From IMG/VR virus record IMGVR_UViG_3300025840_000011: a stretch of DNA of 64,000 nt. One strand, written 5' to 3'. Numbering within the stretch: position 1 is the stretch's first letter; each line of letters opens with the position of its first letter. The translations under genes were made by a program, and so were the position numbers. Source of the DNA: a virus. Shown piece by piece: positions 28,016-37,485 of this stretch. Under the pieces are notes generated by a model. It saw only the letters and a program-made list of their open reading frames with translations, ran no database searches and was not told the origin of the DNA.

Positions 28016-29047
28016 ATGGCAGATAATTTTGATGACTTTGTTCCGAAGACTTCGGACGGTCCATCTCAGGCAGACAAACAGAAACCTATTAGTCCGGATA
28101 ACCCTTTCAAGTTGGGTATTGTCGGTCATGGGTTTGTAGGTAAGGCAGTAGAGTATGCATTCCTACATCCACTAGTGGACTTGCAGATTGCAGATCCAAA
28201 GTATGGTCCAGAGGCATCCATCGATGCGATGGTTGAGTTCGAACCACACTGTGTGTTTGTGTGTGCACCCACACCCATGAACCCCGACAGTGGATTTGTT
28301 GATGCATCTATCGTAGAGGATGCGGTACTCAAACTGATCGAACACACCGAGTCTCTTGTTGTTGTCAAATCAACAATCACTCCGGACGTTATTGATCGAC
28401 TCTACAACTCTATGTTTGAGGACGGTATTGATCGTTTCGTGTACAACCCTGAGTTCCTTACGGAGAAGTCGGCAGAGGAACAGTTTGTAAATGCAGAGTT
28501 CCACGTACTTGGTGGTAGTGAACGTGCAACTGCCGAACTGGTAGAAATCTATGACGTGTTCAGTCTGTGTAAGTCTAACGAGTACTTCCGCATGGCGGCC
28601 GCAGAGGCATCGTTCGTGAAGTATGCAATCAACACTTACCTTGCAACTAAGGTTACCTTCTTTAACCAACTGTATGACCTGATCAATGCGTGGGGTTGTT
28701 CTTACAACATCGTTACACGTGCGGTTGGCCGAGATCCTCGTGTTGGTGTTGGACACACCCGTGTGCCGGGTTATGACCGCAAACGTGGGTTTGGTGGTGC
28801 ATGTTTACCCAAGGATGCAACCGCATTCTTAAAGTTCTCTGAGGCAGAGGACCAAGAGGGTAACAAGATTAGTTTCGATTTAATCGAAAAAGTCCTTGAC
28901 ATAAACAGCCGATATCGTGCATACTATGAGCTAGATGAACGAGAGAAAGCGAACAATATTACTTTTGGAGATGTGAATAATGAGCGTGATGGACAAACTG
29001 AAGAAGAACTCGAAGATCAAGACAACGGAGGTACTGTCGGAGAGTAA
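28016..29047 (+). CDS. ugd: UDP-glucose/GDP-mannose 6-dehydrogenase family (short form)
   Basis: GIVGHGFVG, VCAPTP, KSTI, YNPEFL, KYAINTYLATKVTFFN, GFGGACLPKD. Confidence 0.85.
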   Translation: MADNFDDFVPKTSDGPSQADKQKPISPDNPFKLGIVGHGFVGKAVEYAFLHPLVDLQIADPKYGPEASIDAMVEFEPHCVFVCAPTPMNPDSGFVDASIVEDAVLKLIEHTESLVVVKSTITPDVIDRLYNSMFEDGIDRFVYNPEFLTEKSAEEQFVNAEFHVLGGSERATAELVEIYDVFSLCKSNEYFRMAAAEASFVKYAINTYLATKVTFFNQLYDLINAWGCSYNIVTRAVGRDPRVGVGHTRVPGYDRKRGFGGACLPKDATAFLKFSEAEDQEGNKISFDLIEKVLDINSRYRAYYELDEREKANNITFGDVNNERDGQTEEELEDQDNGGTVGE

Positions 29048-30035
29048 GTTCTTCACTGAGAAAGATATGGTCCCAACCAACGTTCCTATGGTGAACGTTG
29101 CACTATCCGGATCTGTCAACGGTGGAGTTACGCCAGGCCTTACGGTACTTGCGGGTCCATCCAAACACTTCAAGACCTCATTCGCCTTGTTGATGGCGGG
29201 TGCATATCTGGAGGCAAAGAAAGATGCGGTATTACTATTCTATGATAGTGAGTTCGGTTCCCCCCAATCTTATTTCCAACAGTTTGGAATTGACACTGAT
29301 CGGGTGCTTCACACTCCTATCACGAATGTAGAAGAACTCAAGTTTGACTTGATCAGTCAACTCGAAGAGTTGGATCGCAACGATGATGTAATCGTAGTGA
29401 TCGACTCAATCGGTAACCTTGCATCCAAGAAAGAACTTGAGGATGCAATCAACGAGAAGTCTGTTGCAGACATGTCACGTGCGAAGGCACTGAAGGGTCT
29501 GTTCCGTATGTGTACACCATACCTCGCAATGAAGAACATTCCTATGTTGGCGGTGAACCATACGTACAAAGAGATCGGTCTCTTCCCCAAAGATATTGTG
29601 GGTGGTGGTACTGGTATCTATTACAGTGCAGACAACATCTGGATCCTTGGACGCCAACAGGATAAAGTTGGTACAGAGATCAAGGGTTACCACTTTGTGA
29701 TCAATGTGGAGAAGAGTCGATATGTTAAAGAAAAGTCTAAGATTCCTATTTCTGTGTCTTGGGAAGGTGGTGTACAGCGTTATAGCGGTCTTCTGGATGC
29801 TGCTCTTGTTGGTGGTTATGTCACTAAGCCTAGTAATGGTTGGTATTGTCGCGTTGATAGAGAAACTGGAGAGTTACTTGACCCGAAGGTTCGTCTGACT
29901 CAAACTCTGGAAGAAGAGTTCTGGACTCCGATCTTTGAGTTCACAGACTTCGCAGACTTCCTAGAGAAACAGTACAAGATTGGACTACCTCAACAGGTTG
30001 ATATGGATGCGATAGTCGATGCCGAAGAAACTTAA
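28980..30035 (+). CDS. uvsX: RecA-like recombinase UvsX
   Basis: AGPSKHFKT, FYDSEFG, IDSIGNLASKKE, GGTGIYYSAD. Confidence 0.97.
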   Translation: MSVMDKLKKNSKIKTTEVLSESKFFTEKDMVPTNVPMVNVALSGSVNGGVTPGLTVLAGPSKHFKTSFALLMAGAYLEAKKDAVLLFYDSEFGSPQSYFQQFGIDTDRVLHTPITNVEELKFDLISQLEELDRNDDVIVVIDSIGNLASKKELEDAINEKSVADMSRAKALKGLFRMCTPYLAMKNIPMLAVNHTYKEIGLFPKDIVGGGTGIYYSADNIWILGRQQDKVGTEIKGYHFVINVEKSRYVKEKSKIPISVSWEGGVQRYSGLLDAALVGGYVTKPSNGWYCRVDRETGELLDPKVRLTQTLEEEFWTPIFEFTDFADFLEKQYKIGLPQQVDMDAIVDAEET

Positions 30036-30339
30036 TGTAGATAAGGTCTCTGAGGGGATTGATTATAAGTTGATCCCCGTCGAAGACTCTCCTAATGATC
30101 AGGCGTGGGACATACGTATTCTACGTGGTGATTTCACTGAAACCGTTATTCGTTATGGAAATGTTGCATTCAATGAAATTCAGGATTGCCTTACATTCAA
30201 TTATAAGGTGGTATTCTCACCTGATCCTTTATTGACATCTGATGACATTCAACTTCAGGAATATGCAGCAGACATTCTGGAGGACATTCTAGAAACCGCC
30301 TTCAATGAAGGGTGGGCAATCGCACAGCCGAGGACTTGA
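30019..30339 (+). CDS. Conserved hypothetical protein at the gp40 position
   Basis: Lies between uvsX and gp41, overlapping both. Confidence 0.65.
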   Translation: MPKKLNVDKVSEGIDYKLIPVEDSPNDQAWDIRILRGDFTETVIRYGNVAFNEIQDCLTFNYKVVFSPDPLLTSDDIQLQEYAADILEDILETAFNEGWAIAQPRT

Positions 30340-31730
30340 TGGATATAAACCTAGAACAAACTATACTTCGCAACTTAGTAACGAATGATGAGTATGCGAG
30401 GAAGGTTGCAGCATTCGTATCACCGGACTATTTCGAAGGGGTCTATCGTAATCTCTTCAAAGAGTTCACCAAGTTCATTGCCAAGTACAACAAACTTCCG
30501 ACTATGGAATCCTTCAAGATTGAGATCGATGAGGGTGACCGACTGTCGGATGAACAGTACCGACATGCAATGGAGATTTTGCCCAACATCTTTTCTTTTG
30601 AAGAGGTAGACGTAAATTGGTTGGTTGACCGTACAGAGAAGTGGTGTCAAGACCGTGCGGTATTCAATGCAGTCATGGAGTCTATATCCGTAATTGATGG
30701 TAAACACAAAACACTAAGTAAGAATGCGATACCGGAGATCCTGAGTAAGGCGCTCGCAGTTAGTTTCGATACCAATATTGGACACGACTATATTGAAAAC
30801 GTAGACCAACGATATGAGTTCTACCACCAGAAAGAAGAAAGACTTCCGTTCGATCTGGAATACTTTAATTCCATCACTAAGGGTGGTCTACCTAATAAGA
30901 CCCTCAACATTGCACTTGCAGGTACGGGTGTCGGTAAAAGTCTTTTCATGTGTCATTGTGCTGGAGCTTCCTTGTCTCAGGGAAAAAATGTCCTTTACAT
31001 CACTATGGAGATGGCTGAAGAACGAATCGCGGAACGTATCGATGCGAATCTACTCAACGTAGCGATTGACCAGTTAGAGAACATGTCGAAGGATATGTTC
31101 CGTGATCGGGTTGGAGAACTCGCACGTAAGACTCAGGGTAAGTTGATAATCAAGGAGTACCCTACCGGACAGGCGAACACTTCACACTTCCGTGCTTTGT
31201 TGAACGAACTGAAACTGAAGAAGAAGTTTACTCCGGATATTGTCTTCATCGATTACTTGAACATCTGCGCCTCTTCTCGTATGAAGGGTATGGGTGGTGC
31301 AATTAACTCTTACTCTTATATCAAGAGTATTGCAGAAGAGATCCGTGGACTGGCAGTGGAGTTCAATGTTCCTATCGTCTCTGCAACTCAGACTACACGA
31401 TCTGGTTACTCAAACGATGATGTGGGTCTCGAAGATACCTCTGAGTCTTTTGGTCTACCCGCAACCGCAGACTTCATGTTCGCTCTGATCTCTAACACTG
31501 AACTAAACTCTCAGGGTAAGATCCTCGTAAAACAGTTGAAGAACCGTTACAACGATCCCACAGTGAATCAGAAATTTGTTGTAGGGGTTGACAGATCGAA
31601 AATGAGACTGTATGATTGTGAACAGTCTTCGGAAGAAGAAGGTGAAGTAGTAGATGACCGTCCAGCGTTTGACAAGTCATCTGCGGGAGAACGTCTCAGT
31701 GCCGAGAGGTTCAATTTATTTAAGGTATAA
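30339..31730 (+). CDS. gp41: Replicative DnaB-like helicase gp41
   Basis: LAGTGVGKS, ITMEMAE, IDYLNIC, ATQTTR, SESFGLPATAD, QLKNRY. Confidence 0.97.
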   Translation: MDINLEQTILRNLVTNDEYARKVAAFVSPDYFEGVYRNLFKEFTKFIAKYNKLPTMESFKIEIDEGDRLSDEQYRHAMEILPNIFSFEEVDVNWLVDRTEKWCQDRAVFNAVMESISVIDGKHKTLSKNAIPEILSKALAVSFDTNIGHDYIENVDQRYEFYHQKEERLPFDLEYFNSITKGGLPNKTLNIALAGTGVGKSLFMCHCAGASLSQGKNVLYITMEMAEERIAERIDANLLNVAIDQLENMSKDMFRDRVGELARKTQGKLIIKEYPTGQANTSHFRALLNELKLKKKFTPDIVFIDYLNICASSRMKGMGGAINSYSYIKSIAEEIRGLAVEFNVPIVSATQTTRSGYSNDDVGLEDTSESFGLPATADFMFALISNTELNSQGKILVKQLKNRYNDPTVNQKFVVGVDRSKMRLYDCEQSSEEEGEVVDDRPAFDKSSAGERLSAERFNLFKV

Positions 31731-31733
31731 ATC

Positions 31734-31913
31734 ATGTTTGACAATTGGGAAATTGCAGTGGTCGCCACATTCTTGTTGTGGGCGAGTCACACTATAGGTT
31801 ACCGATCCGGAATCAAAGCCGGCACTCTCATTGGAATTGAGAACGCACTACAATGGTTGCACGATAATGACTGTCTCGACAAAGACAAGGTTGACTGGGA
31901 TGACCTCACTTAG
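31734..31913 (+). CDS. Small membrane protein (59 aa), not in the ORF track
   Basis: MFDNWEIAVVATFLLWASHTIGYRSGIKAG... Confidence 0.6.
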   Translation: MFDNWEIAVVATFLLWASHTIGYRSGIKAGTLIGIENALQWLHDNDCLDKDKVDWDDLT

Positions 31914-32451
31914 AGAACTTATCAAGGTATACGATAATGTTCTCAATGAAGATGTATGTGCACGTTACGTAAGAATTTTCAAGAACAATAAGAAATCGGT
32001 CACGTCTTACAAGACTGGTGGTTACCACTTTGACCAATTGGACCTGAACGAGAGCGTTCCTTCTGAGTGCCAGTACGTCTACACCAAACTGTTACCCATC
32101 TATAGAAGTTATATTCAAGAGTGTGGTGCGGAGAACTATCTAAAGGTGACAGCGATGGAGGCGTTGCGTATAAAGAAGTACGCAAAGAAATCCACTCAGG
32201 AGTTTCAAACCCACGTTGACGTTACGGATTATCCGACAGCTCGTAGAGCGGCTGTCGCAATCATATACCTTAACAACAACGATGGTTCAACTATGTTCCC
32301 CGCATTAGATGTTGACGGGGGTGATTTAGAAATCAGACCAAAGACCGGACGTGTCGTTGTCTTCCCACCCATGTGGATGTTTCCCCATGCAGGACTGACA
32401 CCTAATGATCACGATAAGTACATCATGATGACATGTCTACATTACCAATAA
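31900..32451 (+). CDS. 2OG-Fe(II) oxygenase
   Basis: FQTHVD, IIYLN, GRVVVFPPMWMFPHAG, KYIMMT. Confidence 0.85.
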   Translation: MTSLRELIKVYDNVLNEDVCARYVRIFKNNKKSVTSYKTGGYHFDQLDLNESVPSECQYVYTKLLPIYRSYIQECGAENYLKVTAMEALRIKKYAKKSTQEFQTHVDVTDYPTARRAAVAIIYLNNNDGSTMFPALDVDGGDLEIRPKTGRVVVFPPMWMFPHAGLTPNDHDKYIMMTCLHYQ

Positions 32452-32461
32452 GGAGAGTAAA

Positions 32462-33151
32462 ATGAGTGAGGTTAACCTTGTGGGTCTCACTACTCCTAGT
32501 GCTAGCACTGGGTGTCACACGGCGGAGGAGTTGGTTGCATACGCCGCAAGAGTTTCAAACCCGATCAATCAGAACAACGCATTGACCGCACCGAAACTTC
32601 TGAAGTATCTGATCAAACATAAACACTGGTCTCCCTTCGAGATGGTGTCAGTAACGATGGAGATCAAGACAACACGTGACATTTCACGTCAGATTGTTCG
32701 ACACCGTTCGTTTTCATTCCAAGAGTTCTCTCAACGGTATGCGGAGAGTGACACCTTTAATCTACGAGAGGCGAGGTTGCAAGATCCTAAGAACCGACAG
32801 AACTCTATCGAACTGGATGACATTGATGATTTTGGAAAGGGTGGTAACAAGACCCCTAATGAACGACTCTACGAACAGTGGAACATGAAACAGTCCGAAG
32901 TTATCAACAAGGCGAGACAGGCGTATGAGTGGGCCCTGAACCAAGGTATTGCAAAGGAACAGGCCCGTGCGGTATTACCGGAGGGTAACACTAAGACAAC
33001 TTTGTACATGTCCGGTACTCTGAGGTCTTGGATCCATTACTGTGATCTACGCATGGCGAATGGTACTCAGAAAGAACACATCGATATTGCGAAAAAGGCA
33101 TGGGCGGTAATCGGTGCACACTTTCCATCTGTAGTGGAGGCGTTAGACTAA
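32462..33151 (+). CDS. thyX: Flavin-dependent thymidylate synthase
   Basis: HWSPFE, RQIVRHRSFSFQEFSQRY, ARAVLP, LRSWIHY..LR. Confidence 0.97.
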   Translation: MSEVNLVGLTTPSASTGCHTAEELVAYAARVSNPINQNNALTAPKLLKYLIKHKHWSPFEMVSVTMEIKTTRDISRQIVRHRSFSFQEFSQRYAESDTFNLREARLQDPKNRQNSIELDDIDDFGKGGNKTPNERLYEQWNMKQSEVINKARQAYEWALNQGIAKEQARAVLPEGNTKTTLYMSGTLRSWIHYCDLRMANGTQKEHIDIAKKAWAVIGAHFPSVVEALD

Positions 33152-33288
33152 TGGAACAATTTGCCGGTTGGATGTTTTTGATTACGTTGGCGATTGTCAA
33201 TACTGTTGTGTACATGTTGATAGATGGTTATTTCAAAGGTGACATCGAAGGAGTTAAGGACGATGATATATACGACGAAAGTATTTGA
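33151..33288 (+). CDS. Small membrane protein
   Basis: MEQFAGWMFLITLAIVNTVVYML; GGAGG SD. Confidence 0.5.
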   Translation: MEQFAGWMFLITLAIVNTVVYMLIDGYFKGDIEGVKDDDIYDESI

Positions 33289-33439
33289 AGACAGCGATGG
33301 ATATCAATGTTTGGAATTTTCTGATGAGATGATGGAAGCGCTCGATTTGAAAGTTGGTGACCAGATCGTTTGGGAACAAAATAAGATTACTGGTCAGTGG
33401 AGTTTTAGGAAACAAGATGGAAGTTCAGATACGGAATAA
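33263..33439 (+). CDS. AbrB/MazE-like small DNA-binding protein
   Basis: LEFSDEMMEALDLKVGDQIVW. Confidence 0.6.
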   Translation: MIYTTKVFEDSDGYQCLEFSDEMMEALDLKVGDQIVWEQNKITGQWSFRKQDGSSDTE

Positions 33440-34082
33440 AGACTTTCTCGCAACCCTCAACCATTTCAAAGATGAGTTCTTTAAGGTTGACGGGTACGAG
33501 GATCCAAAGTACTTCATGTACTCTTCTGAAGAGGACAGACAAAACGGACAGTACCTTACAAGCGAAGAGTTCTTGAGAGAGGTTTCTCTTAAGGGTGATC
33601 CTGTAGGTCCGCCAGATAGACACTATGCACAACCGATTGCGTCTATGGTACGAAGGGATCCGGAAGTCTGGAGTTCGTACATGAATATGGTCAAGTACGA
33701 GTTCGCATCTGAGATAGGGGCGCACACCAGTGCACTGTTGTCGTATTACCCGCCAGGCGGTTTCGTAGGTTGGCATACCAACTGGGACGCTACCGCATAT
33801 CAAGTTCTGTTCACTTGGTCTGAGGGTGATGGTTACTTCACTTATTATGATATCAAGAAAGATGAAGTGGTGACCATACCAGACGTACCAGGCTGGCAGT
33901 GCAGACACTATTACTTTGGACCCAAAGAGGAACCTGATAATTTGTGTTGGCACGCCGCATATGCAGGGGGTAAACGGATTACCCTCGCATATAAATTCTG
34001 TGGGTATGGTGAAAATGATCCTCGTGATGAGAAGGCGAGACAGTTACGTGACATGTTAATTGAGGAGATTGAGAGTGATTAA
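33417..34082 (+). CDS. Cupin/2OG-oxygenase-like protein
   Basis: YYPPGGFVGWHTN...CWHAA...RITLAY. Confidence 0.65.
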   Translation: MEVQIRNKDFLATLNHFKDEFFKVDGYEDPKYFMYSSEEDRQNGQYLTSEEFLREVSLKGDPVGPPDRHYAQPIASMVRRDPEVWSSYMNMVKYEFASEIGAHTSALLSYYPPGGFVGWHTNWDATAYQVLFTWSEGDGYFTYYDIKKDEVVTIPDVPGWQCRHYYFGPKEEPDNLCWHAAYAGGKRITLAYKFCGYGENDPRDEKARQLRDMLIEEIESD

Positions 34083-35529
34083 TCGGAGTTTACTTCGAGA
34101 ACAACTTCTGGTTAGAAACGTCCATAGGGGACGTGCTAGTGAACACAACAAAGAAGAGTTTGTCGAACTAATTGATAAGTGGAAGTGCTATCTCCATAAC
34201 GAGGTGGGTATCCAGAAGGGTGACATATGTGCGATTGGTTGTGTCACCAACAAAACAAATTTTCACGCCTTTGTTTTTGCACTTGCAGAACTGGGTGTTG
34301 TTATGTTTCCGGGCCACCTGCCTTGGAACAGAGACATCCTAGTTGATGGTGCAATCCCTCTTCTCAAACCTGAACTACTTGTGATAGATGAAGAGGCTTC
34401 TCGCATGTGTGAGGGTATCATACCTGACTACCTTGTACATGAAATGGAGAGTTACGGTAACACTGGGTGTCTGATTAACATCGATGATGTTGACCTAGAC
34501 TCTTATGAAGGGGGTGAAGTGCCTGGCATCTTATCCGGACCCCATGATCTTCTATACATCTCGTATGATGACGGACTGGAAGATGACAGTTTCAATTTCA
34601 GGTACTACACACATAAAGAGGTCGCCGCACTCTCTGCACGTAACGGTGCAATATTTAATCTAAAAGACACTCGTGCAATCCACACCTTCAATTTCATTCA
34701 CGCAGAATCTTTCATGACGTATTTCCTACCGGCTTACATCTACTGTACGGAACATCTGTTAATGAATTTCTGGGACAGGTTGTCCATGTGGAACCCCGTG
34801 TTCACAAACTTTGTTGTGTCTGTCATGGAGGAAGAGGGTAAGAAACAAGTCATGATCAAGAACGAGGAGACCCTTGAAAACATGGTCGCTCGTATGTCTA
34901 AAAAATCTAGGAGAGATGTGACATTCATTTACCCCTATGGTGAGTTCACGGAGAACCTACACCGTATTATAAAGAAGTGGGATCTAAGAGTTGCGATCCT
35001 AAGTGGAGAAAAGAGGGCGCAGGCGTTTAATCTGTTCTGCAAGGTGGTTGACAAAAAGACACCGTTCGAAGAGGGTAACGTAGGAAAACCCCTTGACAAC
35101 TTCTATAATATTTTGTATAATGAAAGGGAAAAGGTCGCACTGGTTCGTGCAAAACCGTGTAGAGAATTCGTGCAACTTTCTCATTTTTATGACAAGAACG
35201 AGGCGGGTGAGTACATTCGGTTACATAGAGTGTTCAAGAACCCGTACTCAAGACCAGTGAAGGAGATTCTGGGTCATGAGAACTTCGACATACTATCCAA
35301 GTACGGTAGAAACTACTTGGTTGTATACGAAGACTTTACCGCCGAAGAGAACGAGAAACTCTCTGACCTTCGGTATTTTAAGGATATCGTACACCAGTCT
35401 AGGGAAGCGTTTTGTCTCGACAATCTAAGATGTCGATACTGGCACAACCTGAAGAGTCAACTGGAGTATGGTTTCGATGATTATGAAACTGATAGATTGA
35501 GGTATAGAGATGTCGAAAAAGAAGGATAG
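34075..35529 (+). CDS. Degenerate adenylate-forming (ANL/AMP-binding-like) protein
   Basis: GIQKGDICAI...FALAELG, DLLYISY...YTHKEV, VGKPL; P-loop SGTTG is absent. Confidence 0.45.
   Translation: MINRSLLREQLLVRNVHRGRASEHNKEEFVELIDKWKCYLHNEVGIQKGDICAIGCVTNKTNFHAFVFALAELGVVMFPGHLPWNRDILVDGAIPLLKPELLVIDEEASRMCEGIIPDYLVHEMESYGNTGCLINIDDVDLDSYEGGEVPGILSGPHDLLYISYDDGLEDDSFNFRYYTHKEVAALSARNGAIFNLKDTRAIHTFNFIHAESFMTYFLPAYIYCTEHLLMNFWDRLSMWNPVFTNFVVSVMEEEGKKQVMIKNEETLENMVARMSKKSRRDVTFIYPYGEFTENLHRIIKKWDLRVAILSGEKRAQAFNLFCKVVDKKTPFEEGNVGKPLDNFYNILYNEREKVALVRAKPCREFVQLSHFYDKNEAGEYIRLHRVFKNPYSRPVKEILGHENFDILSKYGRNYLVVYEDFTAEENEKLSDLRYFKDIVHQSREAFCLDNLRCRYWHNLKSQLEYGFDDYETDRLRYRDVEKEG
35093..35121 (+). 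promoter_or_regulatory. Intragenic consensus sigma70 promoter
   Basis: TTGACA-N17-TATAAT inside the 489-aa ORF. Confidence 0.6.
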
Positions 35530-36043
35530 AAGTGGTAGGGGTAGTATTGATGACATCACTCCAGAAGAGTGGAACGAGATGGCCCGTAAACATAGGGAAG
35601 AGAAGTTTGGAAAGAAGGAGGACACTATTAAAGTAGATGGTATAACTGTTGATACTGTGCCCCTAGACTTTACAACTAGTATCGGAAATCCCTACACACT
35701 TGACTATGGGGACGCCACTACAGTAACCCTGACTGTTACTGATGATGACTATGGCAGCGTTGAACATCGTCCGGACTATAAGTTCCGTGAGGATGAGTTG
35801 ATCAAGGAATTTAAAGAGTACATCGATAGTACGTACAGCGCCCACTATTGTCAGTCCGGTATCCAGTCAAGTGAGGTTATCATTGACAGGGGAAGAGGTA
35901 TGGGTTTCTTTCTAGGTAACGTGGATAAATACAACAGTCGCTACGGTAATAAGGGTGATGTATCTGATCACCGCAAAGACCTAATGAAAGTATTGCACTA
36001 CGCACTACTGGCGTTGTATGTTCACGATCTAGAAAATGGATAA
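35510..36043 (+). CDS. DUF3310-like (T7 gp1.7-type nucleotide kinase family) domain protein
   Basis: HY..SGIQ...GFFLGNVDKY.SRYG.K...DLMK.LHY. Confidence 0.7.
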   Translation: MSKKKDRSGRGSIDDITPEEWNEMARKHREEKFGKKEDTIKVDGITVDTVPLDFTTSIGNPYTLDYGDATTVTLTVTDDDYGSVEHRPDYKFREDELIKEFKEYIDSTYSAHYCQSGIQSSEVIIDRGRGMGFFLGNVDKYNSRYGNKGDVSDHRKDLMKVLHYALLALYVHDLENG

Positions 36044-36046
36044 TTT

Positions 36047-36814
36047 ATGTTACTAGTCAATGGTTGCAGTTTTACATATGGGGATGAGTTGGAGGGTTGT
36101 AATGATGACCCCCCTACTCACTGGCCTAGAAACTGGGCAAGTAAGTTAAGTAATCATCTTGGTTTTGAGGAACCACCAGTAAATCTTGCAACCTGTGGCG
36201 GAGGTAACGAAAAGATTTTCCGTGATCTCACAGTGTACCTTGCGGATGCACAGGCGGGAAAGAGAACCATGCCCACTCACATTGTGGTTATGTGGTCTGG
36301 GTTTACTCGACATGAGGTCGCTGAGTCCAGAGAGGTTCACAACGAAAAGTGGTTGAACATAAAACGATATGATGACATGACCCAATATTCTCCGGAGAGA
36401 ATCGATATTCTTGACGAGAGTAAGTGGGGTGCGATGTACATGTATATCCATAAGGGTCATGAACCAAGAACCGATATTCTACACACCCTTACTTTCATGT
36501 TAAGTCTACAAAACACATGTGATACTCTTGGTATTAAATTGATTCAAGGCGCTTTCCATAAGATGATGTATGATATGATGATCTACATGACTCAGGAAAA
36601 TGGACGAGATAAAATTTTTCGCAATTGGCAGAAACAGTGTAATGAACATCTGGGTAGACTAAAGAAAGAGTCTAGGATTGGAATGGGACATTGGAAAGAC
36701 CTCTACACTCTCGCCAAAGAGAACTATACGATCCACGAACACAATCATCCAGACGAAGACGCACATACAGAGTATTCGACTCTTTTATATCACATCTTCG
36801 AACAAATGGAATAA
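36047..36814 (+). CDS. SGNH-hydrolase-like protein
   Basis: NGCSFTYG, NLATCGGGN, VVMWS, C-terminal HP. Confidence 0.7.
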   Translation: MLLVNGCSFTYGDELEGCNDDPPTHWPRNWASKLSNHLGFEEPPVNLATCGGGNEKIFRDLTVYLADAQAGKRTMPTHIVVMWSGFTRHEVAESREVHNEKWLNIKRYDDMTQYSPERIDILDESKWGAMYMYIHKGHEPRTDILHTLTFMLSLQNTCDTLGIKLIQGAFHKMMYDMMIYMTQENGRDKIFRNWQKQCNEHLGRLKKESRIGMGHWKDLYTLAKENYTIHEHNHPDEDAHTEYSTLLYHIFEQME

Positions 36815-36840
36815 TCGTTCAAATTTAAAAATCTCAAAAG

Positions 36841-36885
36841 ACTAAATACAGGCATACTATGGGGGTGTCAATTAAATGACACCCC
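36841..36885 (+). promoter_or_regulatory. Late-promoter variant ACTAAATA followed by an inverted repeat
   Basis: ACTAAATA at 36841-36848; GGGGTGTCA-ATTAAA-TGACACCCC at 36862-36885. Confidence 0.55.
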
Positions 36886-36909
36886 AACTAATTGGAAAAG
36901 GAATATGGT

Positions 36910-37485
36910 ATGCGCTTAGTAATTAGCAGCGTGGTGTTACTTACATCATTAATTTTTGGAGTCGCAGTCAATGCACAGGACGCTGACGAAACTCCGACTC
37001 AAACAGTTGAACCTATCATAACTGAGAGTACCGTTACTACCAACGGTAAAACGACTACTATTCTCAGATCACCCCCTGCCTCTGCGATCACCCCGACAAT
37101 CAACACGTCGAACTCAGACTTGTGTACCTTTGGAGTTGCGGGTGCAATTCAAACTCAGATTCTTGGTGTCTCTACAGGTACTCAGGTAACGGATGAAAAT
37201 TGTGAGAGGTTAAAGAATGCAAAGACGCTCTATGATATGGGAATGAAAGTGGCCGCCGTGTCGGTTATGTGCCAAGACGAAAGAGTCTTTGATGCAATGA
37301 TGCACGCCGGAACACCGTGTCCATATGATGGTCTAATAGGTCCAGCGGCAAAGGCGGCGTGGGAAATCAACGAAGAGGAACAACCCAATGCAGAAGACTA
37401 CGACAAAGGGTTTACAAATGACAAGAAAACCTTACTGGGCGCTGGTGGTGTCCTTAGTATTCTTCTCATGCTTCTGGTCATCTAA
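36910..37485 (+). CDS. Cassette A gene 1: secreted Cys-containing protein with C-terminal Gly-Gly + hydrophobic anchor
   Basis: Signal peptide (..VAVNA), SPPASAI...CERLK...MCQD...PCP, tail GAGGVLSILLMLLVI; paralog of 51012..51617. Confidence 0.8.
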   Translation: MRLVISSVVLLTSLIFGVAVNAQDADETPTQTVEPIITESTVTTNGKTTTILRSPPASAITPTINTSNSDLCTFGVAGAIQTQILGVSTGTQVTDENCERLKNAKTLYDMGMKVAAVSVMCQDERVFDAMMHAGTPCPYDGLIGPAAKAAWEINEEEQPNAEDYDKGFTNDKKTLLGAGGVLSILLMLLVI

